Positions 12,301 through 27,300 of a stretch of 64,000 bases of DNA are shown here, piece by piece. The notes below the pieces were generated by a model. That model was not told where the DNA came from, did not search any database, and saw only the letters and a program-made list of their open reading frames with translations. Made by a program: the position numbers and the translations under genes. The stretch comes from Eledone cirrhosa (lineage: Eukaryota): contig OZ024743.1 of assembly GCA_964016885.1 (NCBI GenBank), positions 327,732,001-327,796,000 on the forward strand, read 5' to 3'. The stretch's first letter is position 1, and each line of letters starts with the position of its first letter.

Positions 12301-15300
12301 GAAAGTAGTTTGACTATACATCATGGCGTGACTATACAAAGTAGCTTGACTATAGAAAGTTGTTTGACTATACAAAGTAGTTTGACTATACAAAGTAACT
12401 TGACTATAGAAAGTAGTTTGACTATAGAAAGTAGTTTGACTATAGATAGTAGTTTGACTATACGAAGTAGTTTCACTATATAAAGTAGTTTGACTACACA
12501 ACATGACTTGAGTAAACAAAGTAGCTTGACTATAGAAAGTAGTTTGACTATAGAAAGTAGTTTGACTATAGAAAGTAGTTTGACTATATAAAGTAGTTTG
12601 ACTATACAAAGTAACTTGACTATAGAAAGTAGTTTGACTATACAAAGTAGTTTGACTATACAAAGTATCTTGACTATACAAAGTAGTTTGACTATAGAAA
12701 GTAGTCTGACTATAGAAAGTAGTCTGACTATAGAAAGTAGTTTGACTATACAACATGAGGACTTCACTACACAAAGTAGTTTGACTATACAAAGTAGTAT
12801 GACTATACAAAGTAGTTTGACTATAGAAACTAGTTTGACTATAGAAATTATTTTCACTATGCAACATGGCTTGACTATATAAAGTAGCTTGACTATAGAA
12901 AGTAGTTTGACTATAGAAAGTAGTCTGACTATAGAAAGTAGTTTGACTATACAACATGAGGACTTCACTACACAAAGTAGTTTGACTATACAAAGTAGTA
13001 TGACTATACAAAGTAGTTTGACTATACAAAGTAGTTTGACTATACAACATGACTTCACTATACAAAGTAGTTTGATTATTAAAAGTAGTTTGACTATACA
13101 AAGTAGTTTGACTATAGAAAGTAGTTTGACTATAGAAAGTAGTTTGACTATACAAAGTAGCTTGACTATACAAAGTAGTTTGACTATAGAAATTAGTTTG
13201 ACTATAGAAAGTATTTTGACTATAGAAAGTAGTTTCACTATACAGCATGGCTTGACTATACAAAGTAGCTTGACTATAGAAAGCAGTTTGACTATAGAAA
13301 GTAATTTGACTATAGAAAGTAGTTTGACTATAGATAGTAGTTTGACTATAAAAAGCAGTTTGACTATACAACATGATTTGACTATACAAAGTAGTTTGAC
13401 TATACAAAGTAGTTTGACTATACAAAGTAGTTTGACTATACAACATGACTTGACTCTACAAAGTAGCTTGACTATAGAGAATAGTTTGACTATAGAAAGT
13501 AGTTTGACAATAGAAAGTAGTTTGACTATAGAAAGTAGTTAGATTATACAACATGGCTTGACTATAAAAAGTAGCTTGACTATAGAAAATAGTTTGATTA
13601 GAGAAAGTAGTTTGACTATAGAAAGTAGTTTGACTATACATCATGGCGTGACTATACAAAGTAGCTTGACTATAGAAAGTAGTTTGACTATACAAAGTAA
13701 TTTGACTATATAAAGTAACTTGACTATAGAAAGTAGTTTGACTATAGAAAGTAGTTTGACTATACAAAGTATCTTGACTATACAAAGTAGTTTGACTATA
13801 GAAAGTAGTTTGACTATAGAAAGTAGTTTGACTATAGAAATTACTTTCACTATAAAACATGGCTTGACTATACAAAGTAGCTTGACTATAGAAAGTAGTT
13901 TGACTATACAACATGAGGAATTCACTATACAAAGTAGTTTGATTATACAAAGTAGTTTGACTATACAAAGTAGTTTGACTATACAACATGACTTGACTAT
14001 ACAAAGTAGTTTGAATATACAAAGTAGTTTGACTATACAAAGTAGTTTGACTATACAACATGACTTGACTCTACAAAGTAGCTTGACTATAGAGAATAGT
14101 TTGACTATACAAAGTAGTTTGATTATACAACATGGCTTGACTATACAAGGTTACTTGACTCTAGAAAGTAGTTTTACTATAGAAAATAGTTTGACTATAG
14201 ATAATAGTTTGACTATACAAAGTTTTTTGACTATACAAAGTAGTTTGACTATACAAAGTAGTTTGATTATTCAAAGTAGTTTGACTATAGTAAGTAGTTT
14301 CACTATGCAAAGTAGCTTGACTAGAAAAAGTAGTTTGACTATACGATATGACTTGACTATACAACATAGCTTGACTATACAAAGTAGCATGACTATAGAA
14401 AGTAGTTTGACTATAGAAAGTAGTTTGACTATAGAAAGTAGTTTGACTATACATCATGGCGTGACTATACAAAGTAGCTTGACTATAGAAAGTAGTTTGA
14501 CTCTACAAAGTAGTTTGACTATACAAAGTAACTTGACTATAGAAAGTAGTTTGACTATAGAAAGTAGTTTGACTATAGATAGTAGTTTGACTATAGAAAG
14601 TAGTTTCACTATATAAAGTAGTTTGACTATACAACATGACTTGACTAAACAAAGTAGCTTGACTATAGAAAGTAGTTTGACTATAGAAAGTAGTTTGACT
14701 ATAGAAAGTAGTTTGACTATATAAAGTAGTTTGACCATACAAAGTAACTTGACTATAGAAAGTAGTTTGACTATACAAAGTAGTTTGACTATACAAAGTA
14801 TCTTGACTATACAAAGTAGTTTGACTATAGAAAGTAGTTTGACTATAGAAATTATTTTCACTATACAACATGGCTTGACTATACAAAGTAGCTTGACTAT
14901 AGAAAGTAGTTTGACTATAGAAAGTAGTCTGACTATAGAAAGTAGTTTGACTATACAACATGAGGACTTCACTACACAAAGTAGTTTGACTATACAAAGT
15001 AGTATGACTATACAAAGTAGTTTGACTATACAAAGTAGTTTGACTATACAACATGACTTCACTATACAAAGTAGTTTGATTATTAAAAGTAGTTTGACTA
15101 TACAAAGTAGTTTGACTATACAAAGTAGCTTGACTATACAAAGTAGTTTGACTATAGAAAGTATTTTGACTATAGAAAGTAGTTTCACTATACAGCATGG
15201 CTTGACTATACAAAGTAGCTTGACTATAGAAAGCAGTTTGACTATAGAAAGTAGTTTGACTATAGAAAGTAGTTTGACTATAGATAGTAGTTTGACTATA

Positions 15301-18300
15301 AAAAGTAGTTTGACTATACAACATGACTTGACTATACAAAGTAGTTTGACTATACAAAGTAGTTTGACTATACAAAGTAGTTTGACTATACAAAGTAGTT
15401 TGACTATACAACATGACTTGACTCTACAAAGTAGCTTGACTATAGAGAATAGTTTGACTATAGAAAGTAGTTTTACAATAGAAAGTAGTTTGACTATACA
15501 AAGTAGTTTGATTATACAACATGGCTTGACTATACAAGGTAACTTGACTCTAGAAAGTAGTTGGACTATAGAAAGTAGCTTGACTATAGATAATAGTTTG
15601 ATTATACAAAGTAGTTTCACTATTCAAAGTAGTTTGACTATACAAAGTAGTTTTACTATACAAAGTAGCTTGACTAGAAAAAGTAGTTTGACTATACAAC
15701 ATGTCTTGACTATACAACATAGCTTGACTATACAAAGTAGCTTGACTATGGAAAGTAGTTTGTCAATAGAAAGTAGTTTGACTATAGAAAGTAGTTTGAT
15801 TATACAACATGGCTTGACTATAAAAAGTAGCTTGACTATAGAAAATAGTTTGATTATAGAAAGTAGTTTAACTATAGAAAGTAGTTTGACTATACATCAT
15901 AGCGTGACTATACAAAGTAAATTGACTATAGAAAGTAGTTTGACTATACAAAGTAGTTTGACTATACAAAGTAACTTGACTATAGAAATAGAAAGTAGTT
16001 TGACTATACAAATTAGTTTGACTATACAAAGTATCTTGACTATACAAAGTAGTTTGACTATAGAAAGTAGTTTGACTATAGGAAGTAGTTTGACTATAGA
16101 AATTATTTTCACTATACAACATGGCTTGACTATACAAAGTAGCTTGACTATAGAAAGTAGTTTGACTATAGAACATGAGGAATTCACTATACAAAGTAGT
16201 TTCATTATACAAAGTAGTTTGACTATACAAAGTAGTTTGACTATACAACATGACTTCACTATACAAAGTAGTTTGATTATTCAAAGTAGTTTAACTATAC
16301 AAAGTAGTTTGACTATAGAAATTAGTTTGACTATAGAAAGTAGTTTGACTATAGGAAGTAGTTTCACTATACAGCATGGCTTGAATATACAAAGTAGTGT
16401 GACTATAGAAAGTAGTTTGACTATAGAAAGTAGTTTGACTATAGAAAGTAGTTTGACTATAGATAGTAGTTTGACTATAACAAGTAAGTTTACTATACAA
16501 CATGACTTGACTATACAAAGTAGTTTGAATATACAAAGTAGTTTGACTATACAAAGTAGTTTGACTATACAAAGTAGTTTAACTATACAACATGACTTGA
16601 CTCTACAAAGTGGCTTGACTATAGAGAATAGTTTGACTATAGAAAGTAGTTTGACTATACAAAGTAGTTTGATTATACAACATGGCTTGACTATACAAGG
16701 TTACTTGACTCTAGAAAGTAGTTTGACTATAGAAAATAGTTTGACTATAGATAATAGTTTGACTATACAATGTAGTTTGACTATACAAAATAGTTTGACT
16801 ATACAAAGTAGTTTGATTATTCAAAGTAGTTTGACTATACTAAGTAGTTTCACTATTCAAAGTAGTTTGACTATACAAAGTTGTTTCACTATACAAAGTA
16901 GCTTGACTAGAAAAAGTAGTTTGACTATACAAAATGACTTGACTATACAACATAGCTTGACTATGGAAAGTAGTTTGACTATAGAAAGTAGTTTGATTAT
17001 ACAACATGGCTTGACTATAAAAAGTAGCTTGACTATAGAAAATAGTTTGACTATAGAAAGTAGTTTGACTATAGAAAGTAGTTTGACTATACATCATGGC
17101 TAGACTATACAAAATAGCTTTACTATAGAAAGTAGTTTGACTATACAAAGTAGTTTGACTGTACAAAGTAACTTGCCTATAAAAAGTAGTTTGACTATAG
17201 AAAGTAGTTTCACTATATAAAGTAGTTTGACTATACAACATGACTTGAATATTCAAAGTAGTTTGACTATAGAAAGTAGCTTGACTATAGAAAATAGTTT
17301 GACTATAGAAAGTAGTTTGACTATAGAAAGTAGTTTGACTATACCAAGTAGTTTGATTATACAACATGACATCACTATACAAAGTAGTTTGATTATTCAA
17401 TGTAGTTTGGCTATACAAAGTAGCTTGACTATACAAAGTAGCTTGACTATACAAAGTAGTTTGACTATACAAAGTAGTTTGACTATAGAAAGTAGTTTGA
17501 CTATACAAAGTAGTTTGACTATAGAAATTAGTTTGAATATAGAAAGTAATTTCAATATAAGACATGGGTTGACTATACAAAGTAGCTTCACTATAGAAAG
17601 TAGTTTGTCTATAGAAAGTAGTTTGACTATAGAAAGTAGTTTCACTATACAACATGGCTTGACTATTCAAATTAGCTTGACTATAGAAAGTGGTTTGACG
17701 ATAGAAAGTAGTTTCACTATACAACATGGCTTGACTATACAAAGTAGCTTGAATATAGAAATAGTTTGAGTACAGAAAGTTGTTTGACTATAGAAAGTAG
17801 TTTCACTATTCAACATGTCTTGACTATACAAAGTAGCTTGACTATAGAAAGTAGTTTGACTATAGAAAGTATTTTCACTATACAACATGTCTTGACTATA
17901 CAAAGTAGCTTGACTATGGAAAGTAGTTTGACTATAGAAAGTAGTTTGATTATAGAAAGTAGTTTGATTATACAACATGGCTTGACTATACGATGTCGCT
18001 TGACTATAGAAAGTACTTTGACTATAGAAAGTAGTTTGACTATAGAAAGTAGTTTAACTATACAACATGGCGTGACTATACAAAGTAGCTTGACTATAGA
18101 AAGTAGTTTGACTATAGATGGTAGTTTGACTATACAAAGTAGATTCACTATATAAAGTAATTTGACTATATAAAGTAGTTTGGCTATACAACATGACTTG
18201 AATATTCAAAGTAGTTTGACTATAGAAAGTCGTTTGACTATAGAAAGTAGTTTGACTATACTACATGGCTTGACTATACAAAGTAGCTTGAATATAGAAA

Positions 18301-21300
18301 TAGTTTGAGTACAGAAAGTAGCTTGACTATACAAAGTAGTTTGACTATATAAAGTAGTTTGACTATTCAAAGTAGTTTGACTATAATAAGTAGCTTGACT
18401 ATACAAAGTAGTTTGACTCTACAAAGTAGTTTGACTATAGAAATTAGTTTGACTATAGAAAGTAGTTTCAATATAAAACATGGGTTGACTATACAAAGTA
18501 GCTTGACTATAGAAAGTAGTTTTCTATAGAAAGTAGTTTGACTATAGAAACTAGTTTCACTATACAACATGTCTTGACTATACAAAGTAGCTTGACTATA
18601 GAAAGTGGTTTGACTATAGAAAGTAGTGTCACTATACAACATGGCTTGACTATAAAAAGTAGTTTGACTATAGAAAGCAGTTTGACAATAGAAAGTGATT
18701 TCACTATACAACATGTCTTGACTATAAAAAGTAGCTTGATTATAGAAAGTAGTTTGACTATAGAAAGTAGTTTCACTATGGAAATTACTTTGACTATAGA
18801 AAGTAGTTTCACTATAAAACATGGCGTGACTATACAAAGTAGCTTGACTATAGAAAGTAGTTTGACTATAGAATGTAGTTTGACTATAGAAAGTAGTTTC
18901 ACTATACAACATGGCTTGACTATACAAAGTAGCTTGACTATGGAAAGTAGTTTGACTATAGAAAGTAGTTTGACTATACATAGTAGTTTGACTATACAAA
19001 ATAGTTTCAGTATACAACATGGCTTGACTATAAAAAGTAGCTTGACTATAGAAAGTGGTTTGACTATTGAAAGTAGTTTCACTATACAACATGGCTTGAC
19101 TATACAAAGTAGTTTGAATATAGAAAGTAGTTTGACTATAGAAAGTAGTTTGACTATAGAAAGTAGTTTGACAATAGAAAGTAGTTTCACTATACAACAT
19201 GGCTTGACTATAAAAAGTAGCTTAACTATAGAAAGTTGTTTGCCTATACAAAGTAGTTTGACTATAGAACATGGCTTGACTATACAACATGGCTTGTCTA
19301 TACAAATTAACTTAACTATGGAAAGTAGTTTGACTATAGAAAGTAGTTTGACTATAGATAGTAGTTTGACTATACAAAGTAGTTTGACTATACAAAGGAG
19401 TTTGACTATACAAAGTAGTTTGACTATACAACATGACTTGACTGTACAAAGTACCTTGACTATAGAAAGTAGTTTGACTATAGAAAGTAGTTTGACTATA
19501 CAAAGTAGCTTGACTATACAACATGGCTTGTCTATACAAAGTAGCTTGACTATAGAAAGTAGTTTGACTATACAAAGTAGTTTCACTATAGAAATTAGTT
19601 TGACTATAGAAAGTAGTTTCACTATAAAACATGGGTTGACTATACAAAGTAGCTTGCTTATAGAAAGCAGTTCGATTATAGAAAGTAGTTTGACTATAGA
19701 AAGTAGTTTCACTATAGAACATGGCTTGTCTATACAAAGTAGCTTGACTATAGAAAGTAGTTTGACTATAGAAAGTAGTTTGACTATAGAAAGCAGTTTG
19801 ACTATAGAAAGTTGTTTCACTATACAACATGGCTTGAATATACAAATTAGCTTGACTATAGAAAGTAGTTTGACTATAGAAAGTATTTTGAATATAGAAA
19901 GTAGTTTCACTATAAAAGATGGGCTGACTATACAAAGTATCTTGCTTATAGAAAGTAGTTTGACTATAGAAAGTAGTTTGACTATAGAAAGTAGTTTGAC
20001 TATAGAACATGGCTTGAATATACCAATTAGCTTGACTATAGAAAGTAGTTTGACTATAGAAAGTATTTTGACTATAGAAAGTAGTTTGACTATAGAAAGT
20101 AGTTTTACTATACAACATGGCTTGACTATACAAAGTAGCTTGACTATAGAAAGTAGTTTCACTATAGAAATTAGTTTGACTATAGAAAGTAGTTTGAATA
20201 TAGAAAGTAGTTTCACTATAAAACATGGCTTGACTATACAAAGTAGCTTGACTATAGAATGTAGTTTCACTATACACCATGGCTTGACTATACAAAGTAG
20301 TTTGACTATAGAAAGAAGTTTGACTATACAAAGTAGTTTGACTGTACAAAGTAGTTTGACTATACAAAGTAGTTTGACTATACAAAGTAGTTTGACTATA
20401 CAACAGGACTTGACTATACAAAGTAGTTTGACTATATAAAGTAGTTTGACTATACATAGTAGTTTGACTATACAAAATAGTTTCACTATACAACATGGCT
20501 TGACTATACAAAGTAGTTTGAATATAGAAAGTAGTTTGACTATAGAAAGTAGTTTGACTATAGAAAGTAGTTTGACTATTGAAAGTAGTTTCACTATACA
20601 ACATGGCTTGACTATACAAAGTAGTTTGAATATAGAAAGTAGTTTGACTATAGAAAGTAGTTTGACTATAGAAAGTAGTTTGACAATAGAAAGTAGTTTC
20701 ACTATACAACATGGCTTGACTATAAAAAGTAGCTTAACTATAGAAAGTTGTTTGACTATACAAAGTAGTTTGACTATAGAACATGGCTTGACTATACAAC
20801 ATGGCTTGACTATACAAATTAACTTAACTATAGAAATTAGTTTGACTATAGAAAGTAGTTTGACTATAGATAGTAGTTTGACTATACAAAGTAGTTTGAC
20901 TATACAAAGGAGTTTGACTATACAACGTAGTTTGACTATACAACATGACTTGACTGTACAAAGTACCTTGACTATAGAAAGTAGTTTGACTATAGAAAGT
21001 AGTTTGACTATACAAAGTAGCTTGACTATACAACATGGCTTGTCTATACAAAGTAGCTTGACTATAGAAAGTAGTTTGACTATAGAAAGTAGTTTCACTA
21101 TAAAACATGGGTTGACTATACAAAGTAGCTTGCTTATAGAAAGTAGTTCGACTATAGAAAGTAGTTTGACTATAGAAAGTAGTTTCACTATAGAACATGG
21201 CTTGTCTATACAAAGTAGCTTGACTATAGAAAGTAGTTTGACTATATAAAGTAGTTTGACTATAGAAAGCAGTTTGACTATAGAAAGTTGTTTCACTATA

Positions 21301-24300
21301 CAACATGGCTTGAATATACAAATTAGCTTGACTATAGAAAGTAGTTTGACTATAGAAAGTATTTTGACTATAGAAAGTAGTTTCACTATAAAAGATGGGC
21401 TGACTATACAAAGTATCTTGCTTATAGAAAGTAGTTTGACTATAGAAAGTAGTTTGACTATAGAAAGTAGTTTGACTATAGAACATGGCTTGTCTATACA
21501 AAGTAGCTTGACTATAGAAAGTAGTTTGACTATAGAAAGTAGTTTGACTATAGAAAGCAGTTTGACTATAGAAAGTTGTTTCACTATACAACATGGCTTG
21601 AATATACAAATTAGCTTGACTATAGAAAGTAGTTTGACTATAGAAAGTATTTTGACTATAGAAAGTAGTTTGACTATAGAAAGTAGTTTTACTATACAAC
21701 ATGGCTTGACTATACAAAGTTGCTTGACTATAGAAAGTAGTTTCACTATAGAAATTAGTTTGACTATAGAAAGTAGTTTGAATATAGAAAGTAGTTTCAC
21801 TATAAAACATGGCTTGACTATACAAAGTAGCTTGACTATAGAATGTAGTTTCACTATACACCATGGCTTGACTATACAAAGTAGCTTGACTATAGAAAGA
21901 AGTTTGACTATACAAAGTAGTTTGACTATACAAAGTAGTTTGACTATACAAAGTAGTTTGACTATACAAAGTAGTTTGACTATACAACAGGACTTGACTA
22001 TACAAAGTAGTTTGACTATATAAAGTAGTTTGACTATACAAAGTAGTTTGACTATACAAAGTTGTTTGACTATACAAAGCAGTTTGACTATACAAAGTAG
22101 TTTGATTGTACAACATGACTTGACTATACAAAGTAGTTTGACTATACAAAGTAGTTTGACTATTCAAAGTAGTTTGACTATACAAAATAGTTTGACTATT
22201 CAAAGTAGTTTGATTATAGAAAGTGGTTTGACTATAGAAAGTAGTTTCACTATACAATATGGCTTGACTATACAAAGAAGCTTAACTATAGAAATTAGTT
22301 TGACTATAGAAAGTAGTTTGACTATAGAAAGCAGTTTCACTATGCAACATAGCTTGACTATACAAAGTAGCTTGAGTATAGAAAATAGTTTGACTATAGA
22401 AAGTAGTTTGACTATACATAGTAGTTTGACTATACAAAATAGTTTGACTATACAAAGTAGTTTGACTATACAACATGACTTCACTATACAAAGTAGTTTG
22501 ACTATACAACATGACTTCACTATACAAAGTAGTTTGACTATACGAAGTTGTTTGATTAATGAAAGTAGTTTGACTATACAACGTGACTTGACTATACAAC
22601 ATGACTTGACTATACAAAGTAGTTTGACTACACAAAGTAGTTTGATTATTCAAAGCGGTTTGACTATACAAAGTAGCTTGACTATTCAAAGTAATTTGAC
22701 TATACAAAGTAGTTTGACTATACAAAGTAGTTTGACTATAGAAAGTGGTTTGACTATAGAAAGTAGTTTCACTATACAACATGGCTTGACAGTACAAAGT
22801 AGCTTGATTATAGAAAGTGGTTTGACTATAGAGAGTAGTTTCACTATACGACATGGCTTGACTATACAAAGTAGTTTCACTATAGAAATTAGTTTGACTA
22901 TAGAAAGTAGTTTCACTATAAAACATGGCTTGACTATACAAAGTAGCTTGACTATAGAAAGTAGTTTGGCTATAGAAAGCAGTTTGACAATAGAAAGTAG
23001 TTTCACTATACAACATGGCTTGACTATACAAAGTAGCTTGACTATACAAAGTAGTTTGACTATAGAATGTAGTTAGACTATAGAAAGTAGTTTCACTCTA
23101 CAACATGGCTTGACTATACAAAGTAGCTTGACTATAGAAAGTAGTTTGACTACAGAAAGTAGTTTAACTATACATAGTAGTTTGACTATACAAAATAGTT
23201 TGACTATACAAAGTAGTTTGACTATACAACATGACTTCACTATACAAAGTAGTTTGACTATACAAAGTAGTTAGATTATTCAAAGTAGTTTGACTTCACA
23301 AAGTAGTTTGACTATTCAAAGTAGTTTGACTATACAAAGTAGTTTGACTATACAACATGACTTGACTATACAACATGATTTGACTATACAAAGTAGTTTG
23401 ACTATAGAAAGTAGTTTGACTATACAACATGACTTGACTATACAAAGTAGTTTGACTATACAAACTAGTTTGATTATTCAAAGCGGTTTGACTGTATAAA
23501 GTAGTTTGATTATTCAAAGTAGTTTGACTATAATAAGTAGCTTGACTATACAAAGTAGCTTGACTATAGAAAGTAGTTTGACTATAGAAATTAGTTTGAC
23601 TATAGAAAGTAGTTTCAATATAAAACACGGGATGACTATACAAAGTAGCTTGACTATAGAAAGTGGTTTGACTATAGAAAGTAGTTTCACTATACAACAT
23701 GGCTTGACTATACAAAGTAGTTTGAATATAGAAAGTAGTTTGACTATAGAAAGTAGTTTGACTATAGAAAGTAGTTTGACAATAGAAAGTAGTTTCACTA
23801 TACAACAAGGCTTGACTATAAAAAGTAGCTTGACTATAGAAAGTAGTTTGACTATAGAAAGTAGTTTAACTATAGAAAGCAGTTTGACTATACAAAGTAG
23901 TTTGACTATAGAACATGGCTTGACTATACAAATTAACTTATCTATAGCAAGTAGTTTGACTATAGAAAGTAGTTTGACTATAGATAGTAGTTTGACTATA
24001 CAAAGTAGTTTGACTATACAAAGGAGTTTGACTATACAAAGTAGTTTGACTATACAACATGACTTGACTCTACAAAGTACCTTGACTATAGAAAGTAGTT
24101 TGACTATAGAAAGTAGTTTGACTATACAAAGTAGCTTGACTATACAACATGGCTTGTCTATACAAAGTAGCTTGAATATAGAAAGTAGTTTGACTATAGA
24201 AAGCAGTTTGACTATAGAAAGTTGTTTCACTATACAACATGGCTTGAATATACAAATTAGCTTGACTATAGAAAGTAGTTTCACTATAGAAATTAGTTTG

Positions 24301-27300
24301 ACTATAGAAAGTAGTTTCACTATAAAAGATGGGCTGACTATACAAAGTATCTTGCTTATAGAAAGTAGTTTGACTATAGAAAGTAGTTTGACTATAGAAC
24401 ATGGCTTGTCTATACAAAGTAGCTTGACTATAGAAAGTAGTTTGACTATAGAAAGTAGTTTGACTATAGAAAGCAGTTTGACTATAGAAAGTTGTTTCAC
24501 TATACAACATGGCTTGAATATACAAATTAGCTTGACTATAGAAAGTAGTTTGACTATAGAAAGTATTTTGACTATAGAAAGTAGTTTGACTATAGAAAGT
24601 AGTTTTACTATACAACATGGCTTGACTATACAAAGTAGCTTGACTATAGAAAGTAGTTTCACTATAGAAATTAGTTTGACTATAGAAAGTAGTTTGAATA
24701 TAGAAAGTAGTTTCACTATAAAACATGGCTTGACTATACAAAGTAGCTTGACTATAGAATGTAGTTTCACTATACACCATGGCGTGAATATACAAAGTAG
24801 CTTGACTATAGAAAGAAGTTTGACTATACAAAGTAGTTTGACTATACAAAGTAGTTTGACTATACAAAGTAGTTTGACTATACAACAGGACTTGACTATA
24901 CAAAGTAGTTTGACTATATAAAGTAGTTTGACTATACAAAGTAGTTTGACTATACAAAGTTGTTTGACTATACAAAGCAGTTTGACTATACAAAGTAGTT
25001 TGATTGTACAACATGACTTGACTATACAAAGTAGTTTGACTATACAAAGTAGTTTGACTATTGAAAGTAGTTTGACTATACAAAGTAGTTTGACTATTCA
25101 AAGTAGTTTGATTATATAAAGTGGTTTGATTATAGAAAGTAGTTTCACTATACAATATGGCTTGACTATACAAAGTAGCTTAACTATAGAAAGTAGTTTG
25201 ACTATAGAACGTAGTTTGACTATAGAAAGCAGTTTCACTATGCAACATAGCTTGACTATACAAAGTAGCTTGAGCATAGAAAATAGTTTGACTATAGAAA
25301 GTAGTTTGACTATACATAGTAGTTTGACTATACAAAATAGTTTGACTATACAAAGTAGTTTGATTATACAACATGACTTCACTATACAAAGTAGTTTGAC
25401 TATACAACATGACTTCACTATACAAAGTAGTTTGACTATACGAAGTAGTTTGATTAATGAAAGTAGTTTGACTATACAACATGACTTGACTATACAACAT
25501 GACTTGACTATACAAAGTAGTTTGACTACACAAAGTAGTTTGACTATACAATATGACTTGACTATAGAAAGTAGTTTGACTATACAAACTAGTTTGATTA
25601 TTCAAAGCGGTTTGACTATACAAAGTAGCTTGACTATTCAAAGTAATTTGACTATACAAAGTAGTTTGACTATACAAAGTAGTTTGACTATAGAAAGTGG
25701 TTTGACTATAGAAAGTAGTTTCACTATACAACATGGCTTGACAGTACAAAGTAGCTTGATTATAGAAAGTGGTTTGACTATAGACAGTAGTTTCACTATA
25801 CGACATGGCTTGACTATACAAAGTAGTTTGAATATAGAAAGTAGTTTGACTATAGAAAGTAGTTTGACTATAGAAAGCAGTTTGACAATAGAAGGTAGTT
25901 TCACTATACAACATGGCTTGATTATAAAAAGTAGCTTGACTATAGAAAGTAGTTTGACTATACAATATGACTTGACTATACAAAGTAGTTTGACTATACA
26001 AATTAGTTTGATTATTTAAAGCGGTTTGACTATACAAAGTAGCTTGACTATTCAAAGTAATTTGACTCTACAAAGTAGTTTGACTATACAAAGTAGTTTG
26101 ACTATAGAAATTAGTTTGACTCTAGAAAGTAGTTTCAATATAAAACATGGGTTGACTATACAAAGTAGCTTGACTATAGAAAGTAGTTTTCTATAGAAAG
26201 TAGTTTGACTATAGAAACTAGTTTCACTATACAACATGGCTTGACTATACAACGTAGATTGACTATAGAAAGTGGTTTGACTATAGAAAGTAGTTTCACT
26301 ATACAACATGGCTTGACTATACAAAGTAGTTTGGATATAGAAAGTAGTTTGACTATAGAAAGTAGTTTGACTATAGAAAGTAGTTTCACTATACAACATA
26401 GCTTGACTATACAAAGTAGTTTGAATATAGAAAGTAGTTTGACTATAGAAAGTAGTTTGACTATAGAAAGCAGTTTGACAATAGAAAGTAGTTTCACTAT
26501 ACAACATGGCTTGACTATACAAAGTAGCTTGACTATAGACAGTAGTTTGTCTATAGAAAGTGGTTTCACTATAGAATGTAGTTTGACTATACAAAGTAGT
26601 TTGACTATAGAACACGGCGTGATAATACAAATTAATTTGACTATAGAAAGTAGGTTGACTATAGAAAGTAGTTTGACTATAGATAGTAGTTTGACCATAC
26701 AAAGTAGTTTGACTATACAACATGACTTGACTATACAAAGTAGCTTGACTATAGAAAATAGTTTGACTAGAGAAAGTAGTTTGACTAGAGAAAGTAGTTT
26801 AACTATACAAAGTAGTTTGACTATACAACATGGCTTGTCTATACAAAGTAGCTTGACTATAGAAAGTAATTTGACTATACAAAGTAGTTTCACTATAGAA
26901 ATTAGTTTGACTATAGAAAGTAGTTTCACTATAAAACATGGCTTGTCTATAGAAAGTAGCTTGCCTATAGAAAGTATTTTGACTATACAAAGTAGCTTGA
27001 CTATAGAAAGTAGTTTGACTACAGAAAGCAGTTTGACTATAGAAAGTATTTTGAATATAGAAAGTAGTTTGACAATGGAAAATAGTTTCAGTATAAAACA
27101 TGGCTTTACTATAGAAAGTAGCTTGCCTATAGAAAGTAGTTTAACTATAGAAATTAGTTTGACTATAGAAAGTAGTTTGACTATAGAAAGTGGTTTTACT
27201 ATACAACATGGCTTGACTATACAAAGTAGCTTGACTATAGAAAGTAGTTTGACTATATAAAGTAGTTTGACTATAGAAAGTAGTTTGAATATAGAAAGTA

